NCBI GenBank assembly: GCA_021324095.1
Contig: JAJPJT010000005.1
Location: forward strand, 1 to 32,000
Direction of reading: 5' to 3'
Length of the DNA stretch: 32,000 nt
From: Gammaproteobacteria bacterium
GTDB lineage: Bacteria > Pseudomonadota > Gammaproteobacteria > Xanthomonadales > Rhodanobacteraceae
Shown here: in pieces, positions 15,952-25,651 of the stretch
Numbering within the stretch: position 1 is the stretch's first letter
How the letters are laid out: every line of letters starts with the position of its first letter
Position numbers and translations under genes: made by a program
The notes under the pieces: generated by a model
Seen by the model: only the letters and a program-made list of their open reading frames with translations
Databases searched by the model: none
What the model was told of the DNA's origin: nothing

Positions 15952-16746
15952 ATGGGCGAATCGATCCGACTGGAACGCAGCGGCACGCTGGCGACGCTGA
16001 CGCTCGACCGACCTCAGGTTCACAACGCCTTCGATGACGCGCTGATCGCGAGCGCCACGGCGGCGCTGGAGTCGCTCGCCGATGATCGGGGTGTACGCGC
16101 GCTGGTGCTGACCGGGGCGGGCGCCACCTTTTCCGCCGGCGCCGACCTCAACTGGATGCGGCGGATGGCCAAATCCGGCGCGCAGGAAAACCGCGATGAC
16201 GCGCTGCGCCTCGCAAAACTGCTGCGCACGTTGCAGTTTTTTCCGAAGCCGACCCTCGCTCGCGTCAACGGTTCCGCTTACGGCGGCGGGGTCGGGCTGA
16301 TCGCCTGCTGCGACATCGCGATCGGCGTCGAAAGCGCGAAATTCGCGTTGAGCGAAGTGAAGCTCGGGCTCGTTCCAGCAACGATCGCGCCCTACGTGGT
16401 GCAGGCCATCGGCCCGCGTCAGGCACGCCGGCTGTTCGTCAGCGCGGAGGTCTTCGATGCTGCCGAGGCCGCGCGCGTCGGCCTGCTGCATCAATGCGTA
16501 TCCGCCGGCCAACTGGACGAAGCGGTCGATCGGCAATTGCACTTCCTCGCCAAGGGAGGCCCCGTTGCCCAGCATGAAGCCAAGCGCCTCGCGCTGCGCA
16601 CCGCCGGCACGACGCCCGAATCGGCCGAACGGATGGATGCCGAAAATGCCGAGTTGATCGCGCGCCTGCGGGTGTCTTCCGAGGGACAACAGGGTCTTGC
16701 CGCGTTCCTTGAAAAGCGTTCGCCCGCATGGGTGCAGCCGCATTGA
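15952..16746 (+). CDS. liuC: Methylglutaconyl-CoA hydratase (enoyl-CoA hydratase/crotonase family)
   Basis: MGESIRLERSGTLATLTLDRPQVHNAFDD...TGAGATFSAGADLNWM...GSAYGGGVGL...EGQQGLAAFLEKR. The alternative start is 15925. Confidence 0.88.
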   Translation: MGESIRLERSGTLATLTLDRPQVHNAFDDALIASATAALESLADDRGVRALVLTGAGATFSAGADLNWMRRMAKSGAQENRDDALRLAKLLRTLQFFPKPTLARVNGSAYGGGVGLIACCDIAIGVESAKFALSEVKLGLVPATIAPYVVQAIGPRQARRLFVSAEVFDAAEAARVGLLHQCVSAGQLDEAVDRQLHFLAKGGPVAQHEAKRLALRTAGTTPESAERMDAENAELIARLRVSSEGQQGLAAFLEKRSPAWVQPH

Positions 16747-16806
16747 ACGAACGGCGGCACCATGCCGCCGGTTACGCGGCGCTGCTGCCTACCGAAGGAG
16801 GAAATC

Positions 16807-17328
16807 TTGAACCCAATCCTCAACATTGCAGACGCGCAATACGCTGACCTGGCCGAAGGCTCGCGCCGAATGGGTTCCGAAATGCCCGCCGAACGTTTCG
16901 GCGGCCGTCGCGCGGATCTCGGTCGCGCCATCGGCGCGCGCAAACTCGGCTACAACGTCACCGTGATCGCACCGGGGAAGCGTGCGTTCCCGCGCCACAA
17001 CCACCGCGTCAACGAAGAAATGTTCTTCGTGCTGGAAGGCCATGGCGAAATCCGCATCGGCGATGGGCTTTTCCCTGTTCGCGCGGGCGATTTCGTCGCC
17101 TGCCCGGCCGGCGGCCCGGAAACCGCGCACCAGTTTCGCAACACGAGCACCGCCGACCTGAAGATACTCGCGGTCAGCACCATGGAATCACCCGAAATTT
17201 GCGATTACCCGGATTCGGGCAAGTTCGGCGTGCTGGCGTTCTTCGGCGCAGACGCCGAAGGCCGTCCGCAGATGTTCGCGCACATTGGCCGGCCCGGCGA
17301 ATCACGCGACTATTGGGAAGGCGAATAA
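16807..17328 (+). CDS. Cupin-domain protein (paralogue 1)
   Basis: TTG at 16807 lies 5 nt after GAAGGAGG (16794-16801). The N-terminus LNPILNIADAQY aligns with MYANILNLADLE of the neighbour. The metal motif is PRHNHRVNEEMFFVLEGHGEIRIGD...AHQF. Confidence 0.8.
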   Translation: MNPILNIADAQYADLAEGSRRMGSEMPAERFGGRRADLGRAIGARKLGYNVTVIAPGKRAFPRHNHRVNEEMFFVLEGHGEIRIGDGLFPVRAGDFVACPAGGPETAHQFRNTSTADLKILAVSTMESPEICDYPDSGKFGVLAFFGADAEGRPQMFAHIGRPGESRDYWEGE

Positions 17329-17330
17329 CG

Positions 17331-17849
17331 ATGTACGCCAATATCCTGAATCTCGCCGACCTCGAACTGCGCACCGAAAGCCCCGAACGCGCGCCGCATG
17401 GGGAAGGCGCAGGCAAGTACGACATCCGCTGGGCCGAAATCGCCAGCCGCATCGGTGCGCGCAAGCTCGGCTACAACCTTACGGTGGTCGCGCCGGGCAA
17501 ACGCAACTGCCCGTTCCACAGCCATCGTGCGGAAGAAGAAATGTTCTTCATCCTCGAAGGCAGCGGTGAACTGCGTTACGGCGACCGGCGTTACCCCTTG
17601 CGCAAAGGCGACGTGATCGCCTGTCCCACGGGCGGTCCCGAAACGGCACACCAGATTATCAATACGGGCGATATCGAGCTGCGGTATCTGGCGGTCAGCA
17701 CCCTCGCGCCCATCGAGATCTGCGAATACCCGGATTCCGGGAAGTTCGGCGTTTACGAGGATTTGCCGGACCCTGCCCATGCAAGCCATCCACGCTTGCG
17801 CCATGTCGCACGACATGAAGATTCACGCGATTACTGGGAGGGTGAATAG
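17331..17849 (+). CDS. Cupin-domain protein (paralogue 2)
   Basis: The ATG lies 2 nt after the stop of paralogue 1. It reads GYNLTVVAPGKRNCPFHSHRAEEEMFFILEGSGELRYGD...AHQI...SRDYWEGE. It is internal to track ORF 17199-17849. Confidence 0.85.
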   Translation: MYANILNLADLELRTESPERAPHGEGAGKYDIRWAEIASRIGARKLGYNLTVVAPGKRNCPFHSHRAEEEMFFILEGSGELRYGDRRYPLRKGDVIACPTGGPETAHQIINTGDIELRYLAVSTLAPIEICEYPDSGKFGVYEDLPDPAHASHPRLRHVARHEDSRDYWEGE

Positions 17850-17864
17850 TGTCATGAGTTGCAC

Positions 17865-18328
17865 TTCGGCAAGAGCAGTCATCGTTGACACGGATAAACA
17901 CGGATGAACACGGATACAGCACTGGCAGAAGCAGACCTGACGGAACGTGTGATTGGCGTCTTCTATGCCGTATACAACGAACTTGGGCATGGATTTCTGG
18001 AGAGTGTGTATGAAAACTCGCTTGCGCCCGCACTCCGCGAAGCCGGCATTGCCGTCGTGCAACAGGCACCTTTGCGCGTGGACTTTCGTGGACGTACCGT
18101 AGGCGAGTTCCGTGCAGACCTGCTCGTAGAAGATCGGTTGATCGTGGAGATCAAGTCCGTGTCACAGTTGGCGCCTGTCCACGAAGTTCAACTCGTCAAT
18201 TATCTGAAGGCAACTGGCATTCGCGTCGGGCTGTTGATGAACTTCGGTTTGCAGCCTCAATTCAAGCGCCGGATCTTCGGGACTGTTGCATCCCATCCGC
18301 TTTGATCCGCTTTTATCCGTGTCCAAAA

Positions 18329-18331
<3 letters not shown>
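17865..18331. mobile_element. Inverted-repeat-bounded unit carrying the GxxExxY gene (putative selfish or mobile cassette; no transposase)
   Basis: GACACGGATAAA (17887-17898) is the exact reverse complement of TTTATCCGTGTC (18312-18323). Both arms consist of three ~10-bp sub-repeats (ACACGGAT / ATCCGC). Flanks (ttcggcaAGAGC ... gtcCAAAAATG) are shared with the gene-less copy at 23424-23562. Confidence 0.6.
17904..18305 (+). CDS. GxxExxY protein (PD-(D/E)XK nuclease-like superfamily)
   Basis: It reads ...VIGVFYAVYNELGHGFLESVYENSL...RADLLVEDRLIVEIKSV...QLVNYLKATG...GLLMNFG, which includes the GxxExxY and D...E-x-K signatures. Third codon positions are visibly more A/T-rich than in neighbouring genes. 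Confidence 0.88.
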   Translation: MNTDTALAEADLTERVIGVFYAVYNELGHGFLESVYENSLAPALREAGIAVVQQAPLRVDFRGRTVGEFRADLLVEDRLIVEIKSVSQLAPVHEVQLVNYLKATGIRVGLLMNFGLQPQFKRRIFGTVASHPL

Positions 18332-20317
<1,986 letters not shown>

Positions 20318-20329
20318 TCCTTCGAACTG

Positions 20330-21919
20330 TCAGTGACCGCCGACGATGTCGACGTACCCCAACGCCGCTTTCAACGGATCGAGCAAGGCACCGTAGCGTG
20401 CCGCGCGTGCGGTATCGTGCCGCAGCGGCTCGCGCACCTGTGCCGCGCTGGGCGAACGCACGGCGCGGTCGTTGCGATCGAAATCGGCCCAGATGCGCTC
20501 GACACGCAACTCGCAGAACGCCAGCAATGCGCGGGTGTTGCGCTCCGGGCCGGCGAGCAGGTCTTCGTAGACCTGCTCATGGACAAAGCCGGGATAGGAC
20601 GCCCGCCATTGCCGCACGGCGCGATCGAAACCATTCCAGTACGCGGCAAGATCCTCGAAGCGGTGCGTCCAGCCCTGCCCGTCCGCCGTCATGTACTGCC
20701 TATAGCACGAGAAACAGGTTTCGAGCGGATCGCGGCGGCAGACGACCACCTTGGCGCCGGGCAGCATCGCGCAGATCGCGCCCACGAGCAGCCAATTGCC
20801 GGGCAGTTTGTCGGTGAAGAAGGATTTGCGCGCACGCCAGCGCGCGGTGCGTTCCAGATAGCGCTCGCCCAGCCGCTGCCAGTCGCCGGATGACATCGAG
20901 CCGACCCAGTCCGGATAATGGCGCCCCCGCCGCCGTGATTCCTCGGCCAGCACCTGCGGCAGATCGGGCAGTTCGCCGGATGCTTCGACCTGGGAATGCG
21001 AGGCCAGCATTTGTTCGGTGAGGGTCGATCCGGAGCGCGGCAGGCTGGCGATGAAGATTACGCCGCGGCCGAGTTCTGGTTGCGCCGCCATTTTCGGTGG
21101 CGTCGAAAACGCCGCCAGGATTGCGTCCAGGCCACGCGCGAAAACACCCGGATCCCACTGCTGCGTTCGACGGGCGTGAGCATGGGTTTCCTCCAGCACA
21201 TGCATGGCTTCCGCATACCGATCATTCCTGTCCAGCACCCGTGCGATCGCAAAGCCCAGTGCGATGCGGTCCTGCTCGCCGGCCCGCGGGTCGCGGAGGG
21301 CGGCCTGCATCGCGGGCACAGCATCGCTGCCGGGATCCGCGGCCCTCATTTCTGCAAGCCCCCACCATGCAGCACCACACGCAGGGTGCACGGCCAGCAC
21401 TTCACGATACGCAGCCGCCGCGGCATCGGTACGACCGGCCATCTTCCAAAGATCGGCCAGCTGCAACTGCGCGCGCAGGTTGCCCGGAGCAAGTTCGAGT
21501 GCCTTGCGGAGTGCCGCTTCGGCATCGTCGAACCGGACTGCGCGGACACACAGCACGCCGAGGTTGTACCAGGCCGTCACACGATCCGGCGCCAGCGAAC
21601 AGGCCCGTTCCAGCGCATCGAGTGCGTCGTCGAGTCGCCCTTGCACGGCAAGCTCGTGGCCCAGCGCGCAGCAGAATTCGGCGTCGTCCGGCCGGGCGCC
21701 CAGCGCGCGCTGGATCGCGTCCACGGCACCGGCATGATCACCCAGCCGTCCCCGCACCGCGGCGACGAGGCGCAGCACATCCGGATCTTCAGGATGACGT
21801 TCGTTCAATGCGCGCGCGATAGCTTCCGCTTCACGCACGTTGCCGGCAGTGAGCGCCGCGCCGGCACGTGCAAACCGCACCTGCGAATCCGCGTCGAGAT
21901 CTTGCAAACGGCTTGCCAT
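20330..21919 (-). CDS. TPR-repeat sulfotransferase-family protein
   Basis: The N-terminal half is TPR-like helices. The C-terminal half has the PAPS-binding-type motif FIASLPRSGSTLTEQMLASH and ...VVVCRRDPLETCFS. The start is uncertain: 21919 (MASRLQ) avoids overlap with divergent hmgL, and the track gives 22033. Confidence 0.8.
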   Translation of the reverse strand: MASRLQDLDADSQVRFARAGAALTAGNVREAEAIARALNERHPEDPDVLRLVAAVRGRLGDHAGAVDAIQRALGARPDDAEFCCALGHELAVQGRLDDALDALERACSLAPDRVTAWYNLGVLCVRAVRFDDAEAALRKALELAPGNLRAQLQLADLWKMAGRTDAAAAAYREVLAVHPACGAAWWGLAEMRAADPGSDAVPAMQAALRDPRAGEQDRIALGFAIARVLDRNDRYAEAMHVLEETHAHARRTQQWDPGVFARGLDAILAAFSTPPKMAAQPELGRGVIFIASLPRSGSTLTEQMLASHSQVEASGELPDLPQVLAEESRRRGRHYPDWVGSMSSGDWQRLGERYLERTARWRARKSFFTDKLPGNWLLVGAICAMLPGAKVVVCRRDPLETCFSCYRQYMTADGQGWTHRFEDLAAYWNGFDRAVRQWRASYPGFVHEQVYEDLLAGPERNTRALLAFCELRVERIWADFDRNDRAVRSPSAAQVREPLRHDTARAARYGALLDPLKAALGYVDIVGGH

Positions 21920-22022
21920 GGCATCATTACGGGCGTCGAGACCCGCATCCTGATGCGTCGAACGGGGTGCCTGCAAGCGCACCCACGCACGCCAAACCGC
22001 CATCTGGCCAACCGGACCACAC

Positions 22023-22919
22023 ATGCTCCCCAATCACGTTCGCATCGTAGAAGTCGGCGCCCGCGACGGCTTGCAGGACGAGAAAACCGTGGTCCCGACG
22101 CCGGTGAAGATCGAATTGATCGACCGGCTTTCCGCGTGCGGACTGCAAACCATCGAGGCGACCAGTTTCGTGAGCCCGAAGTGGGTGCCGCAGCTCGCCG
22201 ATGCCGAAGAGGTGTACGCCGGCATTACCCGCAAGCCGGGCGTCGATTATCCCGCGCTGGTTCCCAACATGTACGGCTACGATCGCGCGCGCGCCGCGGG
22301 CGTCACCAGCATCGCGGTGTTCACGGCCGCCAGCGAAGCGTTCAACCAGAAAAACGTCAACGCTTCGATCGAGGAATCCATCGAACGCTTCCGCCCGGTG
22401 CTGGAGCGCGCGCGTTCGGAAGGCGTGCGCGTGCGCGGCTATGTCTCCACCGTGCTCGGATGTCCTTACCAGGGCGAAGTGCCGGTCAGCGACGTGGTGC
22501 GCGTTTCGAAACGACTGTACGACCTGGGCTGCGACGAGATTTCACTGGGTGACACCATTGGCGTCGGCACGCCCGTGAAGGCGCGCGCGATGCTGCACGC
22601 GGTCTCAGACGAGGTGCCGATGAAGGCGCTGGCCGTGCATTTCCACGACACCTACGACCAGGCGCTTGCGAACATCCTCTCCTGTCTCGAGGAAGGTGTG
22701 CGCGTGGTGGACAGTTCGGTGTCCGGCACCGGCGGGTGCCCGTATGCCAAGGGCGCGACCGGTAACGTCGCCAGCGAGGACGTCACCTACATGCTGCAGG
22801 GCATGGGCATCGAGACGGGCGTCGACCTGGACAAACTCATCGAAACCGGCTGGTGGCTGGCGCAGCAACTCGGCAAACCGACCTCAAGCCGCGTGACGCG
22901 CGCACGCATGGGAGAGTAG
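22023..22919 (+). CDS. liuE: Hydroxymethylglutaryl-CoA lyase
   Basis: VRIVEVGARDGLQDEK...FVSPKWVPQLAD...GDTIGVGTP...HFHDTYDQALANI...GGCPYAKGATGNV. Confidence 0.92.
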   Translation: MLPNHVRIVEVGARDGLQDEKTVVPTPVKIELIDRLSACGLQTIEATSFVSPKWVPQLADAEEVYAGITRKPGVDYPALVPNMYGYDRARAAGVTSIAVFTAASEAFNQKNVNASIEESIERFRPVLERARSEGVRVRGYVSTVLGCPYQGEVPVSDVVRVSKRLYDLGCDEISLGDTIGVGTPVKARAMLHAVSDEVPMKALAVHFHDTYDQALANILSCLEEGVRVVDSSVSGTGGCPYAKGATGNVASEDVTYMLQGMGIETGVDLDKLIETGWWLAQQLGKPTSSRVTRARMGE

Positions 22920-22920
22920 C

Positions 22921-23409
22921 TTGGCCAACAGCTTCCTGATCCGTCCCATCGAACCGCGCGACGACGCCGCGATCGCCGCCATCATCCGCAGCGTGATGCC
23001 GGAATTCGGCGCCGATGGCGCGGGCTTCGCGATCCACGATGCCGAGGTCGACATGATGAGCACGGTGTATGCGCAACCGCGCAGCGCCTACTTCGTGCTC
23101 GAAGTCGAGGGCAAAGTCCTCGGCGGCGGCGGGGTGGCTCCGCTCGAAAATGCCGAGCCGGATGTGTGCGAACTGCGCAAGATGTATTTCCTGCCCGAGG
23201 CGCGCGGGCTCGGCGCCGGCAAGGCGATGATCGCCCGTTGCATGGACGCCGCGCGCGGGTTCGGGTTCAAACGTTGTTATCTGGAAACCCTCACCGGGAT
23301 GGACGCGGCACAGGCGCTGTACCGCAAACACGGCTTCACGCCCCTGTGCGCGCCGATGGGCAGCACCGGCCACCACGGCTGCGATCGCTGGTTCATTCGC
23401 GAGCTGTGA
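22921..23409 (+). CDS. GNAT-family N-acetyltransferase
   Basis: The TTG start lies one base after the hmgL stop. The acetyl-CoA motif region is ELRKMYFLPEARGLGAGKAMI. The fold length is typical at 162 aa. Confidence 0.8.
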   Translation: MANSFLIRPIEPRDDAAIAAIIRSVMPEFGADGAGFAIHDAEVDMMSTVYAQPRSAYFVLEVEGKVLGGGGVAPLENAEPDVCELRKMYFLPEARGLGAGKAMIARCMDAARGFGFKRCYLETLTGMDAAQALYRKHGFTPLCAPMGSTGHHGCDRWFIREL

Positions 23410-23423
23410 TGCTGTTATTCCGA

Positions 23424-23562
23424 TTCGGCAAAGAGCGAAAATCCTTTGACACGGATCAAAGCGGATGAACACGGACAGATACGGAGATGACTCCTGCTCC
23501 TGACAAGACGGCAACGGTTTTTGATCCGTTCTGATCCGCTCTGATCCGTGTCAAAAATGCTT
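23424..23562. mobile_element. Gene-less (internally deleted) derivative of the GxxExxY element
   Basis: The perfect 13-bp termini are TTTGACACGGATC / GATCCGTGTCAAA. The arms consist of CGGAT / ATCCG sub-repeats. It retains ATGAACACGGA (MNTD), the first codons of the GxxExxY gene, then stops after 12 codons. It shares the outer flanks ttcggcaaAGAGC and CAAAAATG. Confidence 0.65.
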
Positions 23563-23609
23563 GTGCTGCGCCGTTACAATGACCGGTTTTCGCTGGGCGG
23601 GGCAAACGC

Positions 23610-24377
23610 ATGCAACTCGATCAAGTCAGGGCCATCGTCACCGGCGGCGCGTCCGGTCTCGGCCATGCAGTGGCGAAGCACATCGTTGCGCATGGCGGCA
23701 AGGCCGCGCTGTTCGACGTCAATGAGGAAAAAGGACAGGCAGCCGCGAAAGAACTTGGCAACGCCGCGCGCTTCTACAAGACCGACGTGACCAGCGAGGA
23801 TGGCGTCGCCGCCAACGTCGCCAAGGCTCGCGATGCCATGGGTGGACTGAATTTCGTGATGAACTGCGCCGGCATCCTCGGACCGGGCCGCGTGCTCGGC
23901 AAGGAAGGCCCCATGAAGCTCGCCAACTTCCAGACCACCGTAATGGTGAATCTGGTCGGCAGTTTCAACGTCGCCAAGGCCGGTGCCGCGCAGATGCAGT
24001 CCAATGAGCCCGGAGAGGACGGCGAACGCGGCGTGATCGTCAACACCGCTTCGGTCGCGGCCTACGAAGGGCAGATCGGTCAGGCCGCGTATTCGGCCTC
24101 CAAAGGCGGAGTGGTCGGCATGACCCTGCCGATGGCGCGCGAACTGTCGCGCTTCGGCATCCGCGTGATGACCATCGCTCCCGGGATTTTCTGGACACCG
24201 ATGGTGGACGGCATGCCGCCGCAGGTCCAGGAATCGCTGTCGGCATCGATTCCCTACCCTTCGCGCCTCGGCAAGCCGGAAGAGTTCGCCGAAACCGTCG
24301 CGTTCATCCTCGCCAACCGCTACCTCAACGGCAGCGTGATCCGCCTCGATGGTGCGGTGCGGCTCCAACCAAAATAG
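23610..24377 (+). CDS. Type-2 3-hydroxyacyl-CoA dehydrogenase (SDR; HSD17B10-like, 3-hydroxy-2-methylbutyryl-CoA dehydrogenase)
   Basis: AIVTGGASGLGHAVA...NCAGI...NTASVAAYEGQIGQAAYSASKGGVVGMTLPMARE...IAPGIFWTPM. Confidence 0.88.
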   Translation: MQLDQVRAIVTGGASGLGHAVAKHIVAHGGKAALFDVNEEKGQAAAKELGNAARFYKTDVTSEDGVAANVAKARDAMGGLNFVMNCAGILGPGRVLGKEGPMKLANFQTTVMVNLVGSFNVAKAGAAQMQSNEPGEDGERGVIVNTASVAAYEGQIGQAAYSASKGGVVGMTLPMARELSRFGIRVMTIAPGIFWTPMVDGMPPQVQESLSASIPYPSRLGKPEEFAETVAFILANRYLNGSVIRLDGAVRLQPK

Positions 24378-24381
24378 AGCA

Positions 24382-24484
24382 AGGGACGAGGGGTGAGTAG
24401 CGAGGGAGCATGGTTGCGTTCTTCGAGTGTCCCACCCCACCTCGTCCTCCGGCCTTGCGCCCACGCTACTCGACCCTAATCCCT
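24382..24484. repeat. Second copy of the 'GAGGGGTGAGTAGCG' inverted-repeat family
   Basis: agggacgaggggtgagtagcgaggg ... cccaccccacctcgtcc ... cccacgctactcgaccctaatccct. Confidence 0.7.
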
Positions 24485-24495
24485 GCGGTTTTTTC

Positions 24496-25059
24496 ATGAA
24501 AGCCTCCGACATCAAGAAAGGCAACGTGGTCGAACATGAAGGCACCGTTTATCAGGTGCGCGACCTCGAGCGCAGCGCGCCGACGGCCCGAGGCGGGAAC
24601 GTCACCTTCCGTTTCACGTTGTATTCGATTCCGGGTGGGCGCAAGTTCGACTTGAGCCTGCGCGCCGACGACGACCTCAAGGAAATGGACCTGGTGCGCC
24701 GCGCCGCGAACTATTCGTACCGCGACGGCGACGCCTTCGTATTCCTCGACGCCGAGGATTACACCCCCTACACGCTCGGACTGGATGTAGTCGGCGACAG
24801 CGCCGCATACATCGTCGAAGGCGTGGAAGGTTATTACGTGCAGTTGATCGACGACGCCCCCGTCGCGCTGCAGGTCCCGACCAGCGTCGCGCTGACGATC
24901 GTCGATACGGCACCCGAGCTGAAGGGTGCCTCCGCGACCAAACGCACCAAGCCCGCGAAGCTCGACACCGGCATCGAAATCCAGGTGCCGGAATACATCA
25001 CCACCGGCGAGAAGGTTTGGGTGAACACCCTGACGGGCGAGTTCGCGGGTCGAGCTTGA
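24496..25059 (+). CDS. yeiP: Elongation factor P-like protein YeiP/EfpL
   Basis: [21 protein letters not shown]...SAPTARGGN...[10 protein letters not shown]...[13 protein letters not shown]...[13 protein letters not shown] is collinear with E. coli YeiP as I remember it. Confidence 0.9.
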   Translation: MKASDIKKGNVVEHEGTVYQVRDLERSAPTARGGNVTFRFTLYSIPGGRKFDLSLRADDDLKEMDLVRRAANYSYRDGDAFVFLDAEDYTPYTLGLDVVGDSAAYIVEGVEGYYVQLIDDAPVALQVPTSVALTIVDTAPELKGASATKRTKPAKLDTGIEIQVPEYITTGEKVWVNTLTGEFAGRA

Positions 25060-25060
25060 C

Positions 25061-25460
25061 GGCGCTTGCGACGGTCCGGGGAACTGTCGCGCCGAACGCG
25101 CGGGTGAGGCGGATGCCGAACGGGCAGCGCGCCAGGGATGGCTGCTTGCCTCAGGCTACGACCGCACTTGCGTCAAGCGAGCGCGAGGCAGGAGCCGAGC
25201 GGCTGCGCGCCATGGATGGCTGCTTGCATCAGTCCTTCCGCGCGCTTGCGACAGCCCTGGGGACTGTCGCGCCGAACGCGCGGGTGAGGCGGATGCCGAA
25301 CGGGCAGCGCGCCGGGGATGGCTGCTTGCCTCAGGCTACGACCGCGTTTGCGCGATGCGAAGAACCGCATCGCGCGCGTCCAGCAAGGATGAGCGCGGAG
25401 CCCGAACGGCTGCGCGCATCCGACGGCTGCTTGCTCGAACCGCCAAGGCGGTTACGCGCC
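25061..25460. repeat. 180-bp tandem repeat, two full units and a degenerate third
   Basis: 25061-25165 and 25241-25345 are ~95% identical with a period of exactly 180 bp. The sub-motif gcgcgcc-N4-ggatggctgcttgc recurs four times. Confidence 0.85.
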
Positions 25461-25651
25461 GGCCGCGATTGCGAGAAACGTACCTCCGACGCTTGTCGCG
25501 GAAGCAAAGGGCCGGTATGGTACGGCGACTCGCGCCCGGGGCGCGGGCACGCGTGGCTTCGAGGGGAAGCCGGTGCAGGATTCCTTCAGGGGCGCACGAT
25601 GTGCCCGCCCACGGTTCCCCCGCCGCGGACCCATCGTGATTCGGAGTGCAA

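Noticed and set aside
23548-23790. 80-aa ORF starting at the CAAAAATG end of the miniature element.
   Set aside because: It is out of frame with, and overlaps, the strongly supported SDR gene starting at 23610. It has no SD and no recognisable family.
25061-25460. CRISPR array. The 180-bp repeats here and the 61-bp repeats at 15779-15900 were considered.
   Set aside because: The units are directly tandem with no unique spacers, are far from the 24-48-bp repeat size, and no cas genes are present.
25560-25615. Cobalamin riboswitch-like string GGGGAAGCCGGTGCAGGATTCC upstream of the permease. It is tempting because icmF is B12-dependent.
   Set aside because: Only the GGGAA-N3-GGTG-...-CC core resembles the class. 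The following CCC-GC-ACTGT segment, the B12 box GCCACTG and the 3' GAGCCAGGA-type elements are absent. An amino-acid permease is also not a typical B12-regulated gene.
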